From: an uncultured Gammaproteobacteria bacterium
GTDB taxonomy: Bacteria; Patescibacteriota; Patescibacteriia; Patescibacteriales; UBA12465
Assembly: GCA_964616855.1 (NCBI GenBank)
Contig: CAZTUJ010000001.1
Location: forward strand, 524,784 to 588,783
DNA length: 64,000 nt
Direction of reading: 5' to 3'
A program made the translations under genes and the position numbers. Positions 1 to 7,977 of the stretch are shown here, in pieces. Each line of letters starts with the position of its first letter. Positions within the stretch are counted from its first letter, which is position 1. The notes below the pieces were generated by a model. The model was given only the letters and a program-made list of their open reading frames with translations, had not been told where the DNA came from and made no database searches.

Positions 1-1098
1 AACACTCCCGCCCTCCGCGTGATGTTTAGCTACCGCTGCTTCTAGTGCCTCACAAGCTTGGAATTGAGCGCCTCGGTCCATGGTTAAAACTAAATCACTA
101 CCAGCTTCGGGCTTAACATATTCACGGTCGTTAACAATAATAGTATTACTGACACCGCGTTCCCCTTTCAAATAGCCAGATTTGCCCGCCAACTCTTCGT
201 TAAAAAATTCCTCCAGCCCATAACGTCCGAGTGCCTCTTCATCAACATAGCTGACAAAGCCAACGATATTGGCGGCCATATTATTTTCTGGATAAAAACG
301 GTAGCTTTTCAAATTAAAACCAATACCGGGAACAATCAATTCCTCCCCACTCTGTTTAAAAACCACCTTATCTAAACGTCTTTCTAAATCTGAAGCGACA
401 ATTGTCTTGTCCGCCGAACTCGCTAAAGACGCATAAAGACTAAGGAGTTCTTCATCGCTCATTTTATCTTTCAAAGGTTCATAGGGATCGCCGGGCTTAT
501 CTAATTTTTTCAAATAAGTCTCAATGATACCTTCTTGACGATCTTTAATTAAATGATCAAGAGAAATTTCCTGTAATTCTTGCCACTCCGGATGGCTTAG
601 CTTGCTCGCCGCTAATTCTTGAGCGGCCTTGATTCGTGCCGCCTTATCCTCAGGGCTATATTCTGAGGCATTGATTATCTCAATTTCCCTTTGCAGTGCT
701 GCTTGGCTGTCTTTTTCCATTTCTGCCTTCACCTGGGCTTCAAGTTGAGGTTTATCAAAAAAAATAAATAATTTTTCCGCCAAAGCCCTCGTTTCCTTAA
801 TGTCTTTGGGTACGGCATACAAAAAAGAAAAATCTTTATTAGTTGCCAAAGGATAAAGTTGATCTTGCCCCTTCAGCTTCTCATGCAACATAATTTTCCC
901 CCGTTCCGGTTGGAGGAGACTAGAAATCTGATGTTGATTAGAAGCAAGGACACTATACCAGTCCCCTTGAGCAATCTGTAGAAAATATAGGCGGTAAACA
1001 ATACCTCCTAACAATAAAAAAATAAGCGCCGCAAAGAGGCGCAAACGCGGATTAACACTAGCCGTAACCGGATTTTTTTGCCGATACTCTCGCCACAT
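1..1098 (-). CDS. ftsI: Penicillin-binding protein 2 / FtsI-type, N-terminal part (gene continues past window start)
   Basis: Not in the ORF track because it runs off the edge. My translation from ATG at 1098 gives MWREYRQKNPVTASVNPRLRLFAALIFLLLGGIVYRLYFLQIAQGDWY..., one N-terminal TM helix. PBP dimerisation-domain-like sequence follows (...GRYGLEEFFNEELAGKSGY...TMDRGAQFQACEAL...). It follows mraZ-rsmH-ftsL in canonical dcw order. Confidence 0.75.
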   Translation of the reverse strand, partial: MWREYRQKNPVTASVNPRLRLFAALIFLLLGGIVYRLYFLQIAQGDWYSVLASNQHQISSLLQPERGKIMLHEKLKGQDQLYPLATNKDFSFLYAVPKDIKETRALAEKLFIFFDKPQLEAQVKAEMEKDSQAALQREIEIINASEYSPEDKAARIKAAQELAASKLSHPEWQELQEISLDHLIKDRQEGIIETYLKKLDKPGDPYEPLKDKMSDEELLSLYASLASSADKTIVASDLERRLDKVVFKQSGEELIVPGIGFNLKSYRFYPENNMAANIVGFVSYVDEEALGRYGLEEFFNEELAGKSGYLKGERGVSNTIIVNDREYVKPEAGSDLVLTMDRGAQFQACEALEAAVAKHHAEGGSV

Positions 1099-1116
1099 AA
1101 ATTCAGGAAGAAAAAA

Positions 1117-1452
1117 TTATTTTTTTGCCACTACTGGTGCTTGCGGGGAGAAATAAGCGACATCTTCCACCGCCACCATGTCTAGGCCCTGTAAACGCGG
1201 AGAAAGGGCGGTATATGACTGTAAAGTTAAGGCTCGAGCTTGAAGATCCTGGTTTTCCGCGGCTAATAAATTAGCACGGCTCTTCAAATCTTTAAGGACA
1301 AAACCCTTAACGGTTAGGTCGTTCATACCCACTAAATAGGTAACACCGAAGATGAGGCAGGTGGCCACTAAAAAAATATTTACGGAGCGCCATGACAGCG
1401 AGTGCTGCACTTGCTTATGCCTAGGTTTAAGATTAGTAGGGCGAATATTCAT
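1117..1452 (-). CDS. FtsL-like single-pass membrane cell-division protein (by position)
   Basis: 111 aa with a basic N-terminus, one TM helix (VNIFLVATCLIFGVTYLV) and a coiled-coil-like tail. It occupies the ftsL slot between rsmH and the PBP gene. I have no sequence-level recognition. Confidence 0.5.
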   Translation of the reverse strand: MNIRPTNLKPRHKQVQHSLSWRSVNIFLVATCLIFGVTYLVGMNDLTVKGFVLKDLKSRANLLAAENQDLQARALTLQSYTALSPRLQGLDMVAVEDVAYFSPQAPVVAKK

Positions 1453-1499
1453 AAAAGGGGTAACGGCACTAAGTCCGTAAAATTATGTAACATTGAAAA

Positions 1500-2441
1500 T
1501 TATCTTATTTTTTCCGCCGCGCGGAGTTTAGCACTGCGGGCACGGGGGTTATTTTGAATTTCTTCTATTCCGGGAGTAAGCGGCTTTTTAAGTAATGGCT
1601 GGAGTCGGGCTTGATGGCCACAAACGCAGACAGGAGCTCTTGGCGGGCAGAGACAAGTAGTACTTTCTTCTTTTAGCCATTGTTTCACAATCCGATCTTC
1701 TCCACTGTGGAAGGAAACAATTACCACTCTACCACCGATCTTTAAAAGATTAGTAACCGCCGCTAAAGCACTCCGGAGACTACCAAATTCATCATTAGTG
1801 GCCAGACGTAAAGCTTGAAAAGCACGAGTAGCGGGATGGATTTTACCCGTTCGGAAACGAGCGGGTGTTATTTTTAAAATTATATCTACTAATTCTTTAG
1901 TATTACTTAAAGCTTTAATCTTCCGAGCGGCCACTATTTCTTTGGCTAAACGATAGGCTTGAGGCTCTTCTCCTAATTCTCTAAAAATTTGACTTAATTC
2001 TGATAAAGAGGCTGTTCTTAATAAATTACTCGTACTAATAGCCTCGCCGGCACCGAAAGCCATATCAAGGGGGCGTGAACCCTGGAAAGAAAAACCCCTG
2101 CTCTCGTCAGCTAATTGAGCGGAAGATAAGCCGAGATCAAAGACGATACCATCTACTGGTGCTAATGCCTGTTCGGCGGCGATGGCAGCTAGATTCTGAA
2201 AATTGTTATGGACTAAAGCAACATTCTCTAATTTTTTATCAAGTAATACTTGTTGGGCGTTATCAATGGCCAGCTGATCTGCATCAATCGCTATGATTTT
2301 TCCCTTAGAACCAACTAGTTCAGCGAGAGCGAGCGTGTAACCAGCGCCACCGAGTGTACAATCGATATAAGTTTGACCGGCTTGAGGTTGAAGAATTTTT
2401 AATATTTCTGGTAAAAGGACTGAGGTGTGCTGATAATTCAT
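1500..2441 (-). CDS. rsmH: 16S rRNA (cytosine1402-N4)-methyltransferase RsmH/MraW
   Basis: 313 aa. Contains MraW family hallmarks (HTSVLLPEIL..., DCTLGGAGYT, SFHSGEDRIVK) and lies directly after mraZ. Confidence 0.95.
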   Translation of the reverse strand: MNYQHTSVLLPEILKILQPQAGQTYIDCTLGGAGYTLALAELVGSKGKIIAIDADQLAIDNAQQVLLDKKLENVALVHNNFQNLAAIAAEQALAPVDGIVFDLGLSSAQLADESRGFSFQGSRPLDMAFGAGEAISTSNLLRTASLSELSQIFRELGEEPQAYRLAKEIVAARKIKALSNTKELVDIILKITPARFRTGKIHPATRAFQALRLATNDEFGSLRSALAAVTNLLKIGGRVVIVSFHSGEDRIVKQWLKEESTTCLCPPRAPVCVCGHQARLQPLLKKPLTPGIEEIQNNPRARSAKLRAAEKIR

Positions 2442-2442
2442 A

Positions 2443-2874
2443 TTAAATACCCAAAGCTCCTAATTCCTCGGCGATACTGTTACTATTCTGTTCGGCTGCC
2501 TGTTTATAATTATTCCAAGCAGCTTCATCCCAGATTTCTAAATGATCATATAAACCGGCAATAATAATTCCCTTCTTCAAACTGGAAAACTTTCTTAAAT
2601 ATTCAGGCAAGGTAATGCGTCCTTGATTATCAAACTCCAAATCCATTGCTCCGGCGAGCATGTGGCGGGAAAAAGCCCGAGCCTTAGCTTGACTTAAGGG
2701 GAGGCTGGCAAACTTCTGAGCAATTTTTTCAAACTGCTCCTTAGAATACAAAAATAAACAATTATCCAAACCCTTGGTAACAACTGCTCCTTTTTTTAAG
2801 ATGGCGCGGAACTTAGCCGGAATGGCTAAGCGTCCTTTGTCATCTAAGTTGTGATTGTATTCCCCGATAAACAT
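2443..2874 (-). CDS. mraZ: Transcriptional regulator MraZ
   Basis: 143 aa. Starts MFIGEYNHNLDDKGRLAIPAKFR and has a second DxxGRITLP repeat, the duplicated SpoVT/AbrB-like MraZ fold signature. Confidence 0.95.
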   Translation of the reverse strand: MFIGEYNHNLDDKGRLAIPAKFRAILKKGAVVTKGLDNCLFLYSKEQFEKIAQKFASLPLSQAKARAFSRHMLAGAMDLEFDNQGRITLPEYLRKFSSLKKGIIIAGLYDHLEIWDEAAWNNYKQAAEQNSNSIAEELGALGI

Positions 2875-2909
2875 GGGTGGAGGGTGGATAAAGTGTCAAC
2901 AAAGTGATT

Positions 2910-2973
2910 CCCCTTTGTTCCCCACTTTTCACCTTAATGATTTAATTATACACCACCAAGCCCCGCCGGTCAA
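2910..2973 (-). promoter_or_regulatory. dcw/mraZ promoter plus three phased G-rich boxes (putative MraZ operator)
   Basis: On the minus strand: TTGACC (2973..2968), 17-nt spacer, TATAAT (2950..2945). GGTG (2933..2930), GTGGGG (2925..2920) and GGGG (2913..2910) follow at about 10-bp phasing, ahead of the mraZ ATG at 2874. Confidence 0.55.
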
Positions 2974-3004
2974 CTCTGTAAACCCTAGAAAAATAAGGGA
3001 AAAA

Positions 3005-3037
3005 TTAAAAAAAGACAGCTTTATCCCCAAGCTGTCT
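3005..3037 (-). terminator. Rho-independent terminator after the tsaB-like gene
   Basis: Minus-strand hairpin AGACAGCUU-GGGGAUA-AAGCUGUCU followed by a U7-8 run. Confidence 0.7.
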
Positions 3038-3066
3038 TTGAAATCAAAAAAAATGAAAAAAAGTTA

Positions 3067-3441
3067 TCAACAGGCGCTCGCCCGCGGCTTACCAATATTA
3101 GGTTCGCTGGCATAATGAGGCTTCACCGCCTGACCGCCAGGAAAAGCAAAAACTTCACCATCAGTCAGGGCTCTAGCGGGAATACCTAAAGCATAAGCTA
3201 AGGCATTAGCAGTTAAAACGCCAACCCGCAAAGAAGTAAAACTGGCCCCCTGATTTTGAACACGGATTTCTTTAATGTCTTCCCAGATTATCCCTTTAGC
3301 CGCCATCATCTTCACTAATAAAGGCAAAAGCTTTTCTGTTTGGAGCCTTGGCGCTTTTATTTTCTTTATTATCTTCTTGTCGCCCCCGATTAAAGAAATT
3401 TGAATATAGTCATTTAAAGTTGTATCAATTGTTAAAACCAT
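3067..3441 (-). CDS. tsaB: TsaB (YeaZ)-like protein, N-terminal half only
   Basis: 124 aa. LTIDTT...IRVQNQGASFTSLRVGVLTANALAYALGIP matches the TsaB N-terminal ASKHA half. The C-terminal half found in ~230-aa TsaB is absent, and a terminator follows directly. Overlaps dus by 17 nt. Confidence 0.65.
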   Translation of the reverse strand: MVLTIDTTLNDYIQISLIGGDKKIIKKIKAPRLQTEKLLPLLVKMMAAKGIIWEDIKEIRVQNQGASFTSLRVGVLTANALAYALGIPARALTDGEVFAFPGGQAVKPHYASEPNIGKPRASAC

Positions 3442-4399
3442 AGTCTTTTAAAATATCTTCTAATTGTTTAAGAGTAGAAACTTGTACCAAGCGACTCCGC
3501 AAATTGCTGGCACCCGCTAAACCCTGAACATACCAGCAAGACTGTTTGCGCCATTCCACTAGAGCCGACTCGCCCTTCAAAGAGACTAAAAGAGAGGCGT
3601 GGCGATAAAGTAAAGCACAAATCTCGGCTTGCCCATAAATAATTTCTCTGTCCTCTCTAATTTCTTGAAATAGCCAAGGTCGGGCCAGCGCCCCCCTGGC
3701 CAGGCCTAAACCATCAGCTCCGCTTAAAGTTAGCGCTCGTTTAGCGGCAGCTAAATCGTTAATACCGCCATTCATTAAAATAACCCCTTTAAAATAAGGT
3801 CGCACTTTTTCGGCTAAGCTAAAATCCGCTTCCCCGGTAAATCCCTGATTTAAACTGCGACCATGAATCATGATAGCGGCAATTGGTAAATCGGCAATAT
3901 TTTTTACAAAATCAATTGCTTCCACTTCTCCGGACTTAGCCCTAATCTTTACTGCTAAAGGTAAGGAGGAATTAGATAAAACTTCTTCAATCACTGCCCG
4001 GGCACCATTGAGGTTTTTCATTAAATCCGCCCCAGCCCCTTGCTTAATCACTTTACTAACCGGACAGCCGAAGTTGATATCTAGACCCTGGGGTTTAATG
4101 GTTTTTTCTATAATTTTAGCAGCCACCCCAAAATGTTCGGGCTTAGAACCAAATAACTGAACAACGAAATTAGCCTCTTTCTTCTCATCCCACTGTAAGA
4201 GACGCAAAGTGTCATTATCAGCGTCGCCTTGATGATAATAAAGGGCGGTAGCTGAGGCCATTTCACTATAAACAACATCCGCTCCGTAAGCGGAGCAGAT
4301 TTGACGAAAGGCAATATCGGTAAAACCAGCCATCGGCGCTAAAGCCATTATCGGCCGCCCCGAACTCTTTAATTTTTCCCAAAAATTTTTAGACATCAA
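3425..4399 (-). CDS. dus: tRNA-dihydrouridine synthase
   Basis: 324 aa. LAPMAGFTDIAFRQIC..., DINFGCP and IMIHGR are Dus family TIM-barrel motifs. Confidence 0.9.
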   Translation of the reverse strand: MMSKNFWEKLKSSGRPIMALAPMAGFTDIAFRQICSAYGADVVYSEMASATALYYHQGDADNDTLRLLQWDEKKEANFVVQLFGSKPEHFGVAAKIIEKTIKPQGLDINFGCPVSKVIKQGAGADLMKNLNGARAVIEEVLSNSSLPLAVKIRAKSGEVEAIDFVKNIADLPIAAIMIHGRSLNQGFTGEADFSLAEKVRPYFKGVILMNGGINDLAAAKRALTLSGADGLGLARGALARPWLFQEIREDREIIYGQAEICALLYRHASLLVSLKGESALVEWRKQSCWYVQGLAGASNLRSRLVQVSTLKQLEDILKDYGFNN

Positions 4400-4408
4400 A
4401 TAATAAAC

Positions 4409-5821
4409 TTATTTTTTACGACTCAAACGATAGACAGCTTCGCCTTTGCCATCCTCCATAATATAGCCCTGCCCCTCCAAAGCGTGGCGCAATTTATCTG
4501 CTTGCTCCCAATCCTTAACTGCCCGCGCCTCTAAGCGTTCTTGCACTAAAACTTGGATATCTTCTGGCAAATCCGATAAAGTCAAATTATTATCAGCCTC
4601 GTCTTTTTTTTCCGCAAAATTTAAACCTAGGATTCGATCAAAGTCTAAGGCGGTAGCGAGCTTATCCTCTTTACTTAAATCTGATTTTAAAACTTTAAAC
4701 AAAACAGCCAGAGCCTGAGGCATATTTAAATCATCATTAATTGCCCGGTTAAATTCCTCTCGCAAATTATTCTCAACCGCCCCTAGATCTGAGCCTAAGG
4801 CCATAATCTGAGAATATAGAGCTGAAAGACCCTGCTCTGCCTGACGTAGATTGCTCTCACTATATTCCATTGGCTTCCGATAGTGCACTTGCAAAGCGGC
4901 AAAACGATAGGCAAAGGGATTAAAGCCCTTTTTCAATAAAGCATTATCCAGGGTCAAAAAATCACCCGTACTTTTGGCCATTTTCTTCCCGCCATTAATA
5001 TTAAGGAAGGCGCCGTGTAACCAGTAATTAAAAAACTTCTTGCCCGTAGCGGCTTCACTCTGAGCAATTTCATTAGTATGATGGACGTTAATATGATCGA
5101 TGCCACCACAATGAATATCCTGTTCTTCGCCTAAATACTTTAGACTCATGGCCGAGCATTCCAAATGCCAGCCAGGGAAACCGACGCCCCAGGGAGAATC
5201 CCATTCCATTTGTCTTTTACTACCTGTCGGCGAAAATTTCCAGACAGCAAAGTCGGTCGGATTTTTCTTTTCGGGATTTTTTTCTACTCTCGCCCCTTCC
5301 CTTAACTCTTCTAAGGGCAAATGGCTTAAACGATTATAGTCGTTAAATTTAGAAGTATCATAATAAATACCGTCACTAGTACGATAAGTGTAGTCCTTGT
5401 CTTCCAATAACTTAACCAAGGCGATCTGTTCAGGAATATTGTCGGTCGCCCGGCACCAAATATCAGGTGCAATAATATTCAAAGAAGCCAAATCTTCCTT
5501 AAAAGCGTCTGTATAATAAGCAGCAATATCCCAAGCACTCCGCCCTTCCCGCTCCGCCCCCTGTTCAATCTTATCTTCGCCCATATCCATATCGCCGCTG
5601 AGATGGCCAACATCAGTAATATTCATCACCCGCTTAATCTCGTAGCCATTATAGGCCAGGGTACGTACCAAAAAATCTTCAAACAAATAAGTGCGCAAAT
5701 TACCGATATGGGCAAAGTTATAAACAGTCGGGCCGCAGGTGTAGACGCCAACGTGACCAGGCACCAGTGCTACAAATTTTTCTTTCTCTAAACTTAAAGA
5801 ATTGTATAAATATAAATCCAT
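4409..5821 (-). CDS. cysS: Cysteine--tRNA ligase
   Basis: 470 aa. Class I HIGH ([10 protein letters not shown]) and KMSKS-like (KMAKSTG) motifs, plus GWHLECSAM zinc-site context. Confidence 0.95.
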   Translation of the reverse strand: MDLYLYNSLSLEKEKFVALVPGHVGVYTCGPTVYNFAHIGNLRTYLFEDFLVRTLAYNGYEIKRVMNITDVGHLSGDMDMGEDKIEQGAEREGRSAWDIAAYYTDAFKEDLASLNIIAPDIWCRATDNIPEQIALVKLLEDKDYTYRTSDGIYYDTSKFNDYNRLSHLPLEELREGARVEKNPEKKNPTDFAVWKFSPTGSKRQMEWDSPWGVGFPGWHLECSAMSLKYLGEEQDIHCGGIDHINVHHTNEIAQSEAATGKKFFNYWLHGAFLNINGGKKMAKSTGDFLTLDNALLKKGFNPFAYRFAALQVHYRKPMEYSESNLRQAEQGLSALYSQIMALGSDLGAVENNLREEFNRAINDDLNMPQALAVLFKVLKSDLSKEDKLATALDFDRILGLNFAEKKDEADNNLTLSDLPEDIQVLVQERLEARAVKDWEQADKLRHALEGQGYIMEDGKGEAVYRLSRKK

Positions 5822-5825
5822 AAAA

Positions 5826-6650
5826 TTATTCTGACCAAGCCTCTAAAGATTGAGCGAACAAAGCTACATTGGCTTTAAGATTCCGGTCCAAGGGCAAAGA
5901 CTCATAAGACTTAATCTGCTGTGACAAAGAAGAGCGTAAACGGGAAAAAAGCTCGCGCTCAGTTGGAGTCGCTTCATCCTGACTGAGGTCCTGACAAAGT
6001 ATCGCTAATTCTGAGGGACTTAAAGAAAGATAAAAAGCAGGGACATTCTTTAAATTTCCTAATTGCAAAGATCCACCCTCAACCCTAACCCCATATTTTA
6101 CCTTCGCGCCACCATTAAGCATCTTTTTGCGTATTTTTTCTTCTTTTTTACTAGGACCAGTATTACCTTCGCGATCAATAACTTCATCAATACCACACAC
6201 CACTGAACCATTCGCACGATCAATAATTAGCTGATCAACCCCATTATAATCATCATAGCGAGCCGAGCGCACCACCATAAAACGCTCCGGTAAGAGGCGC
6301 TGCAAGCTTAAAGTCAAAGCCATCTCTGTTAAAGAGGCTGGATTTTTTTCCTTATCAATCAGCCATTGCTCTCGACTTTTGCCGCTCTCTGCCGCCCACT
6401 GTTTTTCCTGTTCATCTGCTATAAGTTCATCCTTCTCCCAATCTGGATGCTCAGGAAGATTAATGCTTCCGTCGGAATTAAGCCAGTTATGAGAATGAAT
6501 ACGGTTATATTCCTCGGCTTTGACCGCTAGCTTTTCTTTCATAAGCATTAAAAAAGACTCTGGGCGCGGCGGTGCTTGTTTAGGACGCTCAAAACGATTA
6601 AGATCAATTTTCATGCCCGGTTGGATGCCGGATAAATAATCAATTCCCAT
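5826..6650 (-). CDS. Hypothetical protein
   Basis: 274-aa ORF packed 4 nt upstream of cysS. No family recognised. Confidence 0.5.
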   Translation of the reverse strand: MGIDYLSGIQPGMKIDLNRFERPKQAPPRPESFLMLMKEKLAVKAEEYNRIHSHNWLNSDGSINLPEHPDWEKDELIADEQEKQWAAESGKSREQWLIDKEKNPASLTEMALTLSLQRLLPERFMVVRSARYDDYNGVDQLIIDRANGSVVCGIDEVIDREGNTGPSKKEEKIRKKMLNGGAKVKYGVRVEGGSLQLGNLKNVPAFYLSLSPSELAILCQDLSQDEATPTERELFSRLRSSLSQQIKSYESLPLDRNLKANVALFAQSLEAWSE

Positions 6651-6654
6651 ATAA

Positions 6655-7257
6655 TTAAGGCTGAAGGCGTACCGGATAAGCTACTTGTGCCTCATTTTCC
6701 GGTAAACCCGAAGGGTTATCCTTCTTAATAATCAATTCTCCCATTTTTTCCGTACTAGTGCTAAAGACTAAGTCCGCTTCAAAAGGCACCCAGTCGCTGG
6801 TCATCCAATCACCCTGTGCTTGCCCGTAGGTCTCAACTAAAATATTACCCGCCGCATCTTTTAAAACTATGGGCAGAGTAGCTTCAAAAAACCAAGAACC
6901 CCGCGCCCGGCCCTGAACTTTATAAGGACTAGTTAACAACTCCCCAGCTTGAGGAGAAATTAACTCCACTTCCGCTACCGTTAAAACTTTATCAGAATCA
7001 GAGTCAGCAACAGGAGTACTAGTTGGAGTCGAAGAGGCGGTGGGTGGTTTTAAGATAGATGACAAGACCTCAATTTCCGATTCAACTGAATTAGGGTTAA
7101 AACAGGCTTTTTGGGGAGCCGGAGAGCTGGGCTTACCCTGAGCCCGCCATTCACCCTCAACACAAACCCAGCGATTACGAGGGGTTGCCACCCGCAATAG
7201 CAAGGCACAGGCGATAATAATTAAACCGACAATAAGCCAAAGATTGGATTTTTCCAT
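6655..7257 (-). CDS. Membrane-anchored Gmad2 immunoglobulin-like domain protein
   Basis: 200 aa. N-terminal TM, an S/T/P linker, then LTSPYKVQGRARGSWFFEATLPIVLKDAAGNIL...DWVPFEADLVF, typical of the Gmad2 Ig-like domain. Confidence 0.6.
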   Translation of the reverse strand: MEKSNLWLIVGLIIIACALLLRVATPRNRWVCVEGEWRAQGKPSSPAPQKACFNPNSVESEIEVLSSILKPPTASSTPTSTPVADSDSDKVLTVAEVELISPQAGELLTSPYKVQGRARGSWFFEATLPIVLKDAAGNILVETYGQAQGDWMTSDWVPFEADLVFSTSTEKMGELIIKKDNPSGLPENEAQVAYPVRLQP

Positions 7258-7330
7258 ATATTTTCAAATCTCTTTCATTTTAACATATATTATCAAAAAA
7301 TCTATTAAATTAGCCACTCAGTCTATCCCC

Positions 7331-7359
7331 TTGACAATTTTAAATATAAATAGTAATAT
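7331..7359 (+). promoter_or_regulatory. Near-consensus sigma70-type promoter with no downstream plus-strand gene
   Basis: TTGACA (7331..7336), 17-nt spacer, TAATAT (7354..7359). Confidence 0.5.
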
Positions 7360-7365
7360 GAAATG

Positions 7366-7468
7366 GTTCTTTCCCTAAACTAAAAAATATCAAAATATAT
7401 ACTATTGCCAAGGTTACTGCTTTTTCCTTAGCAATGGCGAGAGAGGCACTATCGGGGCCTCTTTTTTT
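7366..7468 (+). ncRNA. Candidate small RNA (~100 nt), family unknown
   Basis: Bounded by the promoter above and an intrinsic terminator, AGAGGC-9 nt-GCCUCU plus U7 (7441..7468). Has an internal hairpin UUGCCAAGG...CCUUAGCAA. No ORF, and no plus-strand CDS downstream. Confidence 0.35.
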
Positions 7469-7472
7469 ATTT

Positions 7473-7493
7473 AAAAAAGGCCCCTTACGGAGC
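7473..7493 (-). terminator. Terminator of the 7508..7867 gene
   Basis: Minus strand: GCUCC-GUAA-GGGGC followed by CUUUUUU. It sits back-to-back with the plus-strand terminator at 7441..7468. Confidence 0.6.
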
Positions 7494-7507
7494 GCTAAAA
7501 TAAATAA

Positions 7508-7867
7508 TTAAACAAAAGTATTAAACTCATCTGATGGCAGCTGGCAAAATTTTTCATAGACGGGCAGATTGAAAAGCTCTCCAGCCTCATGTTGGTCTAA
7601 AATCACTTGTCGGGCAGCTAAAAATAACTCCCGACCTTCAATCTGGTGGCCTAAACGCTTAGTTGCCTTTGATATCAATTCCGCTAAACGCTCCTGCCAA
7701 CGTTCGGCTTTTTCCGGAGAAACTTCTCGTCCCTGGATAAAATCAAGAAACTCCGGACGATCAGCCAGGTGATCGAGAATAAACTTAGCAATTTCTTCAG
7801 CGCTCTTCTGCCAATTACGAGCGTGCTCGCTATAAGGCAAAGAAGGGCTTTCAAAATTATCTTTCAT
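7508..7867 (-). CDS. Hypothetical protein
   Basis: 119-aa acidic, helical ORF with no family recognised. Has its own terminator. Confidence 0.45.
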   Translation of the reverse strand: MKDNFESPSLPYSEHARNWQKSAEEIAKFILDHLADRPEFLDFIQGREVSPEKAERWQERLAELISKATKRLGHQIEGRELFLAARQVILDQHEAGELFNLPVYEKFCQLPSDEFNTFV

Positions 7868-7872
7868 AAAGG

Positions 7873-7946
7873 TGGTCGTTAGTGGACTCGAACCACTGAC
7901 CTCTGCGATGTGAACGCAGCGCTCTAACCAGCTGAGCTAAACGACC
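7873..7946 (-). tRNA. tRNA-Val (anticodon CAC)
   Basis: Minus-strand cloverleaf: acceptor GGTCGTT/AACGACC, anticodon arm CTGCG-TTCACAT-CGCAG, T-loop GGTTCGAGTCC. CCA is not encoded. Confidence 0.9.
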
Positions 7947-7977
7947 AGATATGTTTTTTGTACCACATCTTGTGGCT

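Noticed and set aside
7358-7378. A mini-ORF, ATG AAA TGG TTC TTT CCC TAA (MKWFFP), that could look like a leader peptide.
   Set aside because: The ATG overlaps the -10 hexamer (7354..7359), so it would lie upstream of the predicted transcription start. There is also no downstream plus-strand gene for it to regulate.
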